A DNA stretch of 64,000 nucleotides, taken from an uncultured delta proteobacterium (GTDB taxonomy: Bacteria > Desulfobacterota > Desulfuromonadia > Geobacterales > Pseudopelobacteraceae). Position numbers and translations under genes: made by a program. The notes beneath the pieces are model-generated. The model worked only from the letters and a program-made list of their open reading frames with translations. It had not been told where the DNA came from and searched no databases. Each line of letters starts with the position of its first letter. Position 1 is the first letter of the stretch. Below are positions 38,960 to 48,593 of this stretch, piece by piece. Location of the stretch: contig CAVYYZ010000003.1 in assembly GCA_963772835.1 (NCBI GenBank), positions 32,001 to 96,000 on the forward strand. The letters run 5' to 3'.

Positions 38960-39424
38960 TCAATGACTCCCTGTTGAACCAAATCCGCCTGCTCCCCGCT
39001 GACTTTCCTGGCTGAATTCCGCGACCACACCCAGATCTGCCTGTAGCACCGGTACAAACAGCATCTGGCAGATCCGCTCACCAGGTTCGATCGTGTAGGG
39101 GAGGGTTCCGCGATTGACAATTCCAATGCCGATTTCACCTTGATAGTCTGAATCGATGACCCCAATCGTGTTTGCCAATACGATGCCATGTTTAATGCCG
39201 AGGCCGGAGCGCGGCACCAGCAGTGCCACAAGGCCGGGATCGTGGATATTGATGGCAATGCCGCTTGGTATCAATACCGTTTCACCCGGCTGGACCGTCT
39301 TTGCTTTCTCCAGGCAGGCCCGCAGGTCCAATGCGGCGGCACCGCTGCTTGCATATGACGGCAGCGGAATGGTCGTGCCGATCAGCGGGTTCATGATTTT
39401 GGTTTCAATTTTGGGTCGCTTCAT
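38960..39424 (-). CDS. dut: dUTP diphosphatase
   Basis: AALDL, PRSG, GVIDSDYQG, GERICQ, RGAGGFGSTG. Confidence 0.97.
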   Translation of the reverse strand: MKRPKIETKIMNPLIGTTIPLPSYASSGAAALDLRACLEKAKTVQPGETVLIPSGIAINIHDPGLVALLVPRSGLGIKHGIVLANTIGVIDSDYQGEIGIGIVNRGTLPYTIEPGERICQMLFVPVLQADLGVVAEFSQESQRGAGGFGSTGSH

Positions 39425-39504
39425 GTAAATTTCCCTGTCTTTGCGATGGATTTTGTCCGCGCACTTTAGCAGAATAGACTTAGAGGAACAAGGAGCGTTT
39501 TACC

Positions 39505-40485
39505 ATGAAACAACGCGTTGTCAGCGGCATGAGACCGAGCGGTAGGCTGCATATCGGTCATTATCACGGGGTACTGGAAAATTGGGTCAACATGCAGGAC
39601 TCCTATGACTGTTTCTTTTTTGTGGCCGACTGGCATTCATTGACGACCGAATATGCCGATACCGCCGGAATTGCTCAAAGTATTCGTGAAATGGTGCTGG
39701 ATTGGATTGCCTTTGGTCTTGATCCTGAGAAGTGTGTCATCTTCCGGCAGAGTCTGGTACCTCATCACTCCGAGCTGAATCTGATACTATCGATGATCAC
39801 TCCGGTCTCCTGGCTGGAACGTAATCCGACCTACAAGGAGATGCTTGATAATATTGAGCAGCGCGACCTGACAACATTCGGCTTTCTCGGCTACCCGGTG
39901 CTGATGGCGGCCGATATCATTCTCTATAAAGCCACGCGCGTACCGGTCGGGCATGACCAGCTGCCGCATCTGGAGATAACCCGTGAAATAGCCCGCCGCT
40001 TCAACCATCTTTACGGCGCGGTCTTCCCGGAACCGGAAGCACTACTGACCGAGACCCCCAAGCTACCCGGACTGGATGGGCGCAAGATGAGCAAGTCATA
40101 CAATAACTCGATATATCTTTCGGATAATGCAGAAACCACTGCTAAAATGGTCATGTCGATGGTAACTGATACCAATCGCGTCCGTCGGACAGATCCCGGC
40201 GATCCTGATGTCTGCGTGGCGTTCAATCTGCACCGCCTGTATGTATCGCAGGAAAAACGTGACGAGATTGTTCCCGCCTGCCGCAACGCGACCATCGGCT
40301 GTGTGGAGTGCAAGAAGATCCTGGCCGGCTGTATTAACGAGCGCCTTGCACCATTCCGGGCCCGGCGTGAAGTGTTGGCCGCCAATCCCGGATTTGTTGA
40401 TGCACTTCTGCAGGAGGGGAGCCGAAAGGCGTCTTTGATTTCTGATGCGGTGATGGCGGAAGTTCGTACGGCGCTTAAGTTCTAA
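39505..40485 (+). CDS. trpS: Tryptophanyl-tRNA synthetase
   Basis: SGMRPSG, HIGH, YPVLMAADI, VPVGHDQ, KMSKS. Confidence 0.98.
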   Translation: MKQRVVSGMRPSGRLHIGHYHGVLENWVNMQDSYDCFFFVADWHSLTTEYADTAGIAQSIREMVLDWIAFGLDPEKCVIFRQSLVPHHSELNLILSMITPVSWLERNPTYKEMLDNIEQRDLTTFGFLGYPVLMAADIILYKATRVPVGHDQLPHLEITREIARRFNHLYGAVFPEPEALLTETPKLPGLDGRKMSKSYNNSIYLSDNAETTAKMVMSMVTDTNRVRRTDPGDPDVCVAFNLHRLYVSQEKRDEIVPACRNATIGCVECKKILAGCINERLAPFRARREVLAANPGFVDALLQEGSRKASLISDAVMAEVRTALKF

Positions 40486-40497
40486 TCACAAATCATT

Positions 40498-40631
40498 TGA
40501 AACACAGAGCAACAGAGCAACTGAGGTAACAAGAATAATTTTAGTTTAAACTCAAAATAGTCCCATTGGATGTACCTAGCTATTGTTTTTACCCGTTTGA
40601 TTTCTCTGTTGCTCAGTTGCTCTGTGTTTCA
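40498..40631. repeat. Second (GAGCAACN)n inverted-repeat element with 78-nt AT-rich spacer
   Basis: TGAAACACAGAGCAACAGAGCAACTGAG (40498-40525) vs CTCTGTTGCTCAGTTGCTCTGTGTTTCA (40604-40631); 26/28 paired. Confidence 0.92.
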
Positions 40632-40654
40632 TGTACTGAGGTTATTAGGTTACT

Positions 40655-41455
40655 ATGTCTGCTGTGACTCACATTCATCGTGAAGAACATCTGCCGTTAC
40701 TGGATGGTTTTCACGAACAGTACAACGTTCACCTCGACAAGTTTGACGGTCCGATGGACCTGCTGCTGCATCTGATCAAGAAAAACGAACTGGATATCTG
40801 CGATATTTCTATTGCGGTTATCACTCGGCAATATCTGGAATTTATCAAGTTGATGAAGGATCTTAATCTGGAAGTAGCGGGTGACTTCCTGGTTATGGCA
40901 GCGACCCTGCTGCAGATCAAGTCCCGTCAACTCCTCCCGGTAGATGATCAGGAAGACCCGGAAAGTGATGAGACTGACCCGCGGGAGGAACTGGTTCGTC
41001 GTCTGCAGGAGTATCAACAGTATAAGGAAGCCGGTATGCTGATCGGTGCGCGGGCGCTGCTGGGACGGGAGATTTTTTCACGAACGGCTTCAGAGCCGGT
41101 GCTTGCTGCGGCGCAAAATGCGGAAGGACCGTTGGAAGTAAGTCTGTTTGAGTTGGTCGATGCATTTCGGATCCTGCTGCAGCGGATTCCGGCCGAAAGT
41201 TTCCACGATGTAGCCCCGGGTGATTCTCTCAGCATTGCTGACTGTATCAACGACATTCTTTCACAGCTTCAGGAACAGGATACTCTCCAGTTTGACGATC
41301 TGATCCGGGAAGAATGTACCCGTGAACGGATTATTGTCACTTTTCTGGCGCTGCTTGAACTCTGCCGTCTCAAATTGATTCGTATTTTTCAGGGGAGCGA
41401 ACATGGTTCGATCTGGTTTGTTCCCGCTGTTGCAGCTGATCCATCCGAGGTTTGA
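40655..41455 (+). CDS. scpA: Segregation and condensation protein A
   Basis: FDGPMDLLLHLI, FLVMAATLLQIKS, IVTFLALLEL. Confidence 0.96.
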   Translation: MSAVTHIHREEHLPLLDGFHEQYNVHLDKFDGPMDLLLHLIKKNELDICDISIAVITRQYLEFIKLMKDLNLEVAGDFLVMAATLLQIKSRQLLPVDDQEDPESDETDPREELVRRLQEYQQYKEAGMLIGARALLGREIFSRTASEPVLAAAQNAEGPLEVSLFELVDAFRILLQRIPAESFHDVAPGDSLSIADCINDILSQLQEQDTLQFDDLIREECTRERIIVTFLALLELCRLKLIRIFQGSEHGSIWFVPAVAADPSEV

Positions 41456-41461
41456 TCTGTC

Positions 41462-42067
41462 ATGAACGCTGAATTATCCCCGATCATAGAGAGTCTCATT
41501 TTTACGGCTGAATCGGCACTTTCTACCGATCGCATCTGTGAATTGCTGAATGAATTTGAACGGAATGAGATCAAGTCTGCTCTGGCTGAACTGGTAGAAT
41601 TTCATCAGAGGCGTGCAGGGGGATTTAATCTGGTCGAAGTGGCAGGAGGCTGGCAATTCAGAACCCGTTCCGCACTTCATGGCTATATCACCCGCCATAT
41701 CAAAACCAGAACATCAAAATTTTCACAATCAGCCCTTGAAACACTGGCAATTATCGCCTACCGTCAGCCGGTTACCCGTGCCGAAGTCGAGCATCTGCGC
41801 GGAGTCGATTGCGGCGGAGTTCTTAAAACACTGCTCGAAAAGCATCTGGTACGAATCCTGGGGAAAAAGGATATTCCCGGCCGACCGTTGATATATGGCA
41901 CATCAAAAGAATTTCTTGAAATATTCGGACTTAAGGATCTTAGAAGCCTTCCGACACTCCGCGAAATTCAGGCATTGGATGAACAGCCCCGATACGAGCG
42001 ACAGGAGGAACTGCAGCTTGAGCCGGATAAGGTGATTCCGGTGGAGAGTAATCTGCCGTTTGAGTAA
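41462..42067 (+). CDS. scpB: Segregation and condensation protein B
   Basis: ALETLAIIAYRQPVTRAEVEHLRGV, PGRPLIYGT. Confidence 0.97.
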   Translation: MNAELSPIIESLIFTAESALSTDRICELLNEFERNEIKSALAELVEFHQRRAGGFNLVEVAGGWQFRTRSALHGYITRHIKTRTSKFSQSALETLAIIAYRQPVTRAEVEHLRGVDCGGVLKTLLEKHLVRILGKKDIPGRPLIYGTSKEFLEIFGLKDLRSLPTLREIQALDEQPRYERQEELQLEPDKVIPVESNLPFE

Positions 42068-42300
42068 CCATTCAACACCGTGCAAAACCTTTCTATGTAA
42101 CAGGGATGAAGGGATAAAGGGGAACGAAAAAAGATATAATTCTATGTGGTTAGCCGATAGCGTCCCAATGTGTTTTCTATAGTAAAGGTTTACCCCATGC
42201 ATCTCTTGTATTCATGTAAAAATACTTTCGGGGGGCTGCATGATTTCTTTTGAAGATGCGGTATAATTGCTCCTTGATTGAATAACAGGGGAGGTGAACC

Positions 42301-43104
42301 ATGCAGCGACAGCCAGCCGTAGCAGGTCAGTTTTATCCGGGCAGTGAACATGGGCTTCGTTCCGCCTTGTCTCAATTGATTTCGAAAAATCCGTCTCCGG
42401 TAGCGGTAAAAGGGATCATCTCCCCCCATGCAGGGTATATGTATTCCGGTGCGATTGCCGGTCGGCTGTATGGGCAGATTGCGATTCCCGCCACTGTTCT
42501 GATCATCGGCCCCAATCATCATGGAGCGGGGGAGGCTGCCGCACTTTATCCTGATGGTGAATGGCTGACTCCGCTTGGGCCGACAGCAATCTGTTCCCGC
42601 CTCAACTCACTCCTTCTTCAGCATGGTTCCTATCTTAGAAATGACAGAATAGCCCACCAGGACGAGCATTCTCTCGAAGTCCAGCTCCCTTTCCTTCAGT
42701 TTCTGCGTCCTGATGTTGCCATATCAGCACTCTGTATCGGCCACGGCGGTTATCTCTCCCTGCGTGACATCGGCCATGGAATCGCCGCTGCCATCCGGGA
42801 GTTCGGCGAAGAGGTTCTCATTGTCGCCAGCTCGGATATGACCCATTATGAATCTGCTGATACCGCCCGAAAGAAGGATGGCCTTGCGCTTGAGCGGGCG
42901 CTTGCGCTTGACGGCAAAGGGCTGCTTGACGTCTGTCAAAGCCGGGGGATTACGATGTGTGGAGTCGCACCGGCGACAGTTATGATAGAGGCGGCTCTTC
43001 AGTTGGGGGCATTGAAGGCTGAACTGGTGGTGTACGGCACCAGCGGTGATGTAACCGGAGATAACCGGCAGGTGGTCGGCTATGCGGCGGTGACGGTCAG
43101 TTGA
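42301..43104 (+). CDS. MEMO1 family protein (AmmeMemoRadiSam system protein B)
   Basis: PAVAGQFYP, PHAGYMYSG, GPNH, EHSLEVQLPF, ASSDMTHY, TMCG, VGY. Confidence 0.95.
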   Translation: MQRQPAVAGQFYPGSEHGLRSALSQLISKNPSPVAVKGIISPHAGYMYSGAIAGRLYGQIAIPATVLIIGPNHHGAGEAAALYPDGEWLTPLGPTAICSRLNSLLLQHGSYLRNDRIAHQDEHSLEVQLPFLQFLRPDVAISALCIGHGGYLSLRDIGHGIAAAIREFGEEVLIVASSDMTHYESADTARKKDGLALERALALDGKGLLDVCQSRGITMCGVAPATVMIEAALQLGALKAELVVYGTSGDVTGDNRQVVGYAAVTVS

Positions 43105-43117
43105 TTGCCGGTCGTAA

Positions 43118-45619
43118 TTACATACTCTGGTTATCAAGTGGAAGCGTAATCCGGAATGTACTGCCTGACGACCCGTCGCTTTCGACGGTCAGGGAGCCGT
43201 GATGCTCCTCAATGATTCGCTGGGTAATTGAGAGACCAAGTCCGGTACCGGCCCCCTTGCGGGTAAAGAACGGCTCAAAGATCAGCGGCAGATCCTGCTC
43301 GCGTATCCCCGGGCCGTTGTCATGTATGGTAACCGTAACGGTTGTATCGTGACACCCGGTTGCGATCGTAACAACTCCGCCGCTCTCAAGTACTTCGAAC
43401 GCATTTTTCAGGATATTGATCAGTGCCTGCCGTATTTTTTCAGGGTCGAATCTGAACTGTGGCAGCAGAACATACGAAACATTCAGAGTGATTCCCTGTT
43501 TCTCAGCCTGCCTGCGCATCAACAGCAGGATGTCCTTCACCAACTGAGTTAAATCCCCTTCCCTGAACGCGGTACGCACCGGTGATGAGTAGTTGAGCAG
43601 GGCGCTGATAAGCCTTTCGACCCTCTCTATTTCGGACAATGCCTTGGAGAGCATCTCTCTGTCTTCAACGCTGAAGCCGGGTTTGTCGTGCAGGTCATCA
43701 AGGAGGAGCGATATCCCGGTCAAGGGGTTGCGGACTTCGTGGGCTATACCGGCCGAAAGTTTACCGAGTGACGCAAGGCGGTCCAGTCGTATTGTCTCTT
43801 CACGCAGGCGCTCGCGCTCGGTTTCATTACGCAGAGTTATGGTCAATCCCATTTCAGCATCGGCGCCGATCGGGAACAGACCAAAATCGTAATAGGTCAT
43901 CTCACCGTCTATCTGACGGCTTAACGGTTCGCGCCCGTACCCTTTTTTGCCCCGTAGTACGTCACCTATACGTGCTGAAACATCAGGCCATGCGGCAAAC
44001 GCCTCAGTATACTTACGGCCGAGGCAGACTGCATCGGACAGGACACTTTGTCCTACTCCGTTGATCGAGGTCAGCACACCACCGGGTGATATTGTGATAA
44101 TTGCGCTTGAAATACTTTCCAGAATACTGGTCTTGAAGTTGCGTTCTTCGAGAATATCTATTCGTGACCGCTGCAACTCATCAAGCGTTGCCAGAAGGCT
44201 GTTTTTACGGATTTCCAGTTCGTCGGCCATAAAATTGAACGTCCGGCCGAGTACGCCGATTTCGTCGGCAGATGATACGGCAACCCGGCTGTGGATGTCT
44301 CCTTCAGCCAGTTTGTTGGCACCCTCTGTCAGTTGAAGCAGCGGACGGGTGATGCCGCGTGATAAGCCCCAGGCTGAAAAACCGGCCAGAATTGACGTGA
44401 TCAGAAGAATAACGGCGCTTCGCGTCCGGTGTTCACCCAACTGCTGGTTGATCAGCCGGCTTCCTTTGCGTGCGGCATCCTGAAATTGGTCGAGTTGAAA
44501 GCCGATGGTGATGCCCCCGAACACGCCATGACGGGAGTAATCTCCGCTGCCGTAGATGATTGGTGCGTATGCCATGATCTTCTTTGCGCCGCCGACATTG
44601 GTGGTATCCACGAATCCCGCTTTCTGCCTTCTTACCTGATCGGCAACCCGTGGGTAGTTAGGATGAATAAAGCCGGCGTGGTCGAGATTGAATGGTATCC
44701 GTCCGTTGTCTATGTCTGATTTTGCAGATTTTTCAGAATAGGGGGGGATCAACCGGCCGCGGGCATCCAGGCCTCGAATATCCCAGTATTTCGGGTGCGT
44801 GATGATCCACCCCTCATCATCGAACATGAAGGCGTAGTTCCCGCTTTTGTAGGAAGGAAATACTGTTGAAAAGTTATGCCCTGGATCGATATGCTGAGTA
44901 AACTCCATTAAATGGCGATGATCAAGCGAGACGACTACCACGCCGTTGAAAGAACCACGAGCATCAAAAAGTGCTGCGGCAAGGCGGATCACACCTTTAT
45001 ATGACTTGCCGTCATAGGCGTGTTCCGGTTCGTCGGCACCGTTAAGCTGATCCTGTTTCGAAATGTGGAAGCCGGTGAGATGTGAAACATATATTTTTCC
45101 CGGCTGGGTGCGAACCCTGTTGAAATAATCTTCCGTCAAGAATTCTGTCCCGGCGGGATGAGAAACATTCTTCAACTCCGCTGCCGGGATTGTTTCGCCA
45201 TCCTTGATCACGAGCTTTTCCTGACCATTCCGGTCGATCAGGGAGATGCTGTGGTAGAGCGGCACCTGCTCATGTATCTCCATCGGAGCCGATGCGCTTC
45301 CGGTCTGGTACCATATTTCACCCCGTCTGCTGAAATAAAAATTGAGCAGTGTTGACCGGTCCAGCTGCGAGCGGGAGAGGAACATCAGGTCATTCTCGCA
45401 TTGATGCAGTAAATCAGCCACGTTTTCAGCTATTTGAGTCGCCCGCATCTGGAGAGATTCCGATGCCTGAATATCTGCCGTTCCGCCGATTTCAGAGGTA
45501 AGGCGGGCGCTGGTTGATTCAAGGTTGAAAAAAAGAATCAGTGAGGATGCCATCAGGGGGAGCAGAGACAGCAGCAGAGTTATGACGAGGATTTTTTTAA
45601 AGAGTGTCAGGCGCGGCAT
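43118..45619 (-). CDS. Membrane sensor histidine kinase (large periplasmic Cache-like region, HAMP, PAS-like, HisKA, HATPase)
   Basis: Two TM helices, ITRPL...DEIG (HAMP), AHEVRNPL, N-box NILKNA, DNGPGI, GTGLGL. Confidence 0.93.
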   Translation of the reverse strand: MPRLTLFKKILVITLLLSLLPLMASSLILFFNLESTSARLTSEIGGTADIQASESLQMRATQIAENVADLLHQCENDLMFLSRSQLDRSTLLNFYFSRRGEIWYQTGSASAPMEIHEQVPLYHSISLIDRNGQEKLVIKDGETIPAAELKNVSHPAGTEFLTEDYFNRVRTQPGKIYVSHLTGFHISKQDQLNGADEPEHAYDGKSYKGVIRLAAALFDARGSFNGVVVVSLDHRHLMEFTQHIDPGHNFSTVFPSYKSGNYAFMFDDEGWIITHPKYWDIRGLDARGRLIPPYSEKSAKSDIDNGRIPFNLDHAGFIHPNYPRVADQVRRQKAGFVDTTNVGGAKKIMAYAPIIYGSGDYSRHGVFGGITIGFQLDQFQDAARKGSRLINQQLGEHRTRSAVILLITSILAGFSAWGLSRGITRPLLQLTEGANKLAEGDIHSRVAVSSADEIGVLGRTFNFMADELEIRKNSLLATLDELQRSRIDILEERNFKTSILESISSAIITISPGGVLTSINGVGQSVLSDAVCLGRKYTEAFAAWPDVSARIGDVLRGKKGYGREPLSRQIDGEMTYYDFGLFPIGADAEMGLTITLRNETERERLREETIRLDRLASLGKLSAGIAHEVRNPLTGISLLLDDLHDKPGFSVEDREMLSKALSEIERVERLISALLNYSSPVRTAFREGDLTQLVKDILLLMRRQAEKQGITLNVSYVLLPQFRFDPEKIRQALINILKNAFEVLESGGVVTIATGCHDTTVTVTIHDNGPGIREQDLPLIFEPFFTRKGAGTGLGLSITQRIIEEHHGSLTVESDGSSGSTFRITLPLDNQSM

Positions 45620-45817
45620 TCCAGCTCCAATTGGTGCAATCCGGATTGTATTTCATTGAGTACAATGATACCTTGCATCGGGTCAAGATATCTTTTAATT
45701 GGTTGTTGACGTGAGTATTATGTGAACTTTTCTACCGTTTTTCATTTTTATTCGTCACTGGACGCAGCGCGGCAAAAAGAAATGATTATTGTGTGAATTT
45801 CCAGGATGGTACCTGTT

Positions 45818-47659
45818 ATGGGCTACAAAAACCTGCAGGAATGCGTGGCTGATCTTCAGCGGCAACGGATGTTGAAGCAAATTGACGTTCCTATTGACCC
45901 CCATCTGGAAATCGGCGCGCTGCAGCGACGTGTATATCAGGCGGGAGGACCTGCGCTGCTCTTCACGAATGCGCTCGGCAGCAGATTCCCGCTGCTGGGC
46001 AACCTGTTCGGTACGCTGGAGCGAACCCGCTATATTTTTCGTGATACACTGGATGATATTCGCCGGCTTGTCGAAATCAAGATCAACCCGTTTTCCCTCA
46101 TCAAAAATCCGCTCGATATTGTAAAGGCTCCTTTTGCAGCCTATCATCTGCTTCCTGCCGTTACCTCACACGCGCCTGTTATGGAATGTTCAACAACAAT
46201 CTCCGCTCTGCCGCAGATCGTTTCCTGGCCCCGTGATGGCGGAGCATTTTTGACTCTTCCGCAAGTATACAGTGAAAGCCCGGCAGTCCCCGGGTTTGCA
46301 CGGTCAAATCTTGGCATGTACCGTGTACAACTGTCCGGTAACAGCTATCAACCGGACAGGCAGGTAGGATTGCATTATCAGATTCATCGCGGCATCGGCG
46401 CTCATCATGCCGAAGCGATTGCGCGGGGGGAGCTGCTCAGGGTCAATATCTTTCTCGGTGGTGCACCCGCAATGACCGTCGCGGCCGTTATGCCCTTGCC
46501 TGAAGGTATGCCGGAGATCTCGTTCGCCGGTCTGCTGGCCGGCCATCGCATACCGATGACCAGAGTTCCCGGCCATGTGCCGGTCTACTCCGAGGCCGAT
46601 TTCTGTATCAGCGGCGTTGTTCATCCATCCAAAACTCTGCCGGAAGGACCTTTCGGGGACCATCTCGGCTACTACAGCCTTACCCATGAATTTCCGTATG
46701 TCGAGATTGACAGAATTTATCATCGCCGTGATGCCATTTTCCCGTTTACAACTGTCGGTCGCCCTCCGCAGGAAGATACCAGTTTCGGCGCCTTTATTCA
46801 CGAGTTGACCGGTCCGCTTATTCCGACTGTCGTGTCCGGGGTAAAAGAAGTGCATGCGGTAGATGCTGCCGGTGTCCATCCGTTGCTGCTGGCAATTGCC
46901 AGCGAGCGCTATGTGCCGTATTCCACCATTCGCCACCCTCAGGAACTGCTGACTGTTGCCAACGCCATTCTCGGACAGGGGCAGCTTTCCCTTGCCAAAT
47001 ACCTGCTGGTTGCTGCGCAGGAGGATGCTCCGGCCCTGGATACTCATGACATTCCCTCCTTTTTACGGCATATTCTGGAGCGTGTCGACTGGCTCACCTG
47101 CCTTCATTTTCAGACCGCTACCACAATTGATACACTCGATTACAGCGGCAGCGGGCTTAACGAAGGATCCAAAGTGGTGATTGCCGCCGCCGGTCCGGTC
47201 CGGCAGAAACTCGTGCCCGAGGAGCCTGCAGGGCTTGAACTGCCGATCGGATTCGGTCCTGCTTCTGTCTGTCTGCCCGGCATTCTGTGCATACAGGGCC
47301 CGCCATCACTTCAGCAGAGGGGGGAGGGGGACCCGCTTATGGATGAGTTCTGCCGTTATTACCGCGACAGGGATTCTTTTTCCGGTTTTCCGCTGATAGT
47401 TATCTGCGACAACAGCCGGTTTGTATCGGCCACCCTGAACAACTTCCTCTGGGTGACGTTTACCCGATCAAACCCGGCTGTGGATATCTACGGCATTCGT
47501 CCCGAAATCCGCGGCAGGCACTGGGGGTGTGGAGGTCCGCTGGTTATCGATGCGCGGATTAAGCCGTTTCACGCCCCGCCGCTGGAGGATGATCCGGCGG
47601 TCGAACGTAAAATTGACGCACTTGCCGCACCCGGTGCTCCGCTTCACGGGATGTTCTGA
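45818..47659 (+). CDS. UbiD family prenylated-FMN decarboxylase, long form
   Basis: GPALLF, NLFGT, NLGMYR, PEGPFGDHLGYY, GRPPQED, IDTLDYS. Start is 45806 or 45818. Confidence 0.92.
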   Translation: MGYKNLQECVADLQRQRMLKQIDVPIDPHLEIGALQRRVYQAGGPALLFTNALGSRFPLLGNLFGTLERTRYIFRDTLDDIRRLVEIKINPFSLIKNPLDIVKAPFAAYHLLPAVTSHAPVMECSTTISALPQIVSWPRDGGAFLTLPQVYSESPAVPGFARSNLGMYRVQLSGNSYQPDRQVGLHYQIHRGIGAHHAEAIARGELLRVNIFLGGAPAMTVAAVMPLPEGMPEISFAGLLAGHRIPMTRVPGHVPVYSEADFCISGVVHPSKTLPEGPFGDHLGYYSLTHEFPYVEIDRIYHRRDAIFPFTTVGRPPQEDTSFGAFIHELTGPLIPTVVSGVKEVHAVDAAGVHPLLLAIASERYVPYSTIRHPQELLTVANAILGQGQLSLAKYLLVAAQEDAPALDTHDIPSFLRHILERVDWLTCLHFQTATTIDTLDYSGSGLNEGSKVVIAAAGPVRQKLVPEEPAGLELPIGFGPASVCLPGILCIQGPPSLQQRGEGDPLMDEFCRYYRDRDSFSGFPLIVICDNSRFVSATLNNFLWVTFTRSNPAVDIYGIRPEIRGRHWGCGGPLVIDARIKPFHAPPLEDDPAVERKIDALAAPGAPLHGMF

Positions 47660-47660
47660 T

Positions 47661-48593
47661 ATGCCGACCGCTTCTATTGTCACCCGCTCCCTTGCCAAAT
47701 CCTATGGTGAGCTTACGGCTCTCGACTCTTTTGACTTCGAGGTTCAGCAGGGTTCTATATTCGGTCTTCTCGGCCCCAATGGTGCCGGGAAAACCACCCT
47801 GATCCGTATTCTAACGACTCTCATGCGTCAGAGTTCCGGCGAAGCTACAATTGAAGGACTGGATACCGTGCGTTCAGGCCTTGCTATCCGTCGCATGATC
47901 GGAGTCGTGTCTCAGGAAAACAGCCTTGACCGGTACCTGACTGCACGTGAAAATCTGGAGCTGCATGCGCGTCTGCACGGAATGGATAAAAGAGTGTACA
48001 CCCACCGGATTGATGAACTGCTCGAACTTATGGGGTTAACAGGACGCCAGAAGGATTTTCCCGACACCTTTTCGGGGGGGATGCAGCGGCGATTGGTGAT
48101 CGCCCGGGCACTCGTGCATCGGCCGCAGGTACTTTTCCTCGATGAACCGACCACCGGTCTTGACCCGCAGTCACGTCGTGCGGTATGGGAATATGTCCGC
48201 TCACTGGCCGGCAGCATGACGATCTTTCTGACGACGCATTATCTGGAAGAAGCGGAACAGCTCTGTGACCGGATCGCCATAATGGACCACGGTCGATTAA
48301 TCGCCATCGGGAGCACTCAGGAGTTGAAGGATCGTTTGAGTGGGACGACTATGTATGAAATTGAGTTTATCGACCAGGAGGCAGACCGCTATGCCACACT
48401 CCTTGGCTCGCTGCCATGTGTCATAGATATCAGTCAGATAAAAAATAAAGTTACAGTAACACTTGAATGTTGGGAATGCCTTTCTGAAGTTGTCACAGCC
48501 CTGAACGGAGCGCCCGTCCGCCGTATATCACTTCAGGAGAGAACCCTCGAAGATGTGTTTATATCATTGACCGGAGAGAAGGTGAGGGAATAA
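47661..48593 (+). CDS. ABC transporter ATP-binding protein (DrrA/NodI-like)
   Basis: GPNGAGKTT, FSGGMQRR, LDEPTTGLDP, TTHYLEEA; ATG 47661 follows the UbiD stop. Confidence 0.93.
   Translation: MPTASIVTRSLAKSYGELTALDSFDFEVQQGSIFGLLGPNGAGKTTLIRILTTLMRQSSGEATIEGLDTVRSGLAIRRMIGVVSQENSLDRYLTARENLELHARLHGMDKRVYTHRIDELLELMGLTGRQKDFPDTFSGGMQRRLVIARALVHRPQVLFLDEPTTGLDPQSRRAVWEYVRSLAGSMTIFLTTHYLEEAEQLCDRIAIMDHGRLIAIGSTQELKDRLSGTTMYEIEFIDQEADRYATLLGSLPCVIDISQIKNKVTVTLECWECLSEVVTALNGAPVRRISLQERTLEDVFISLTGEKVRE

Noticed and set aside
46304..47047. 247-aa minus-strand ORF
   Set aside because: Antisense shadow of the UbiD gene.
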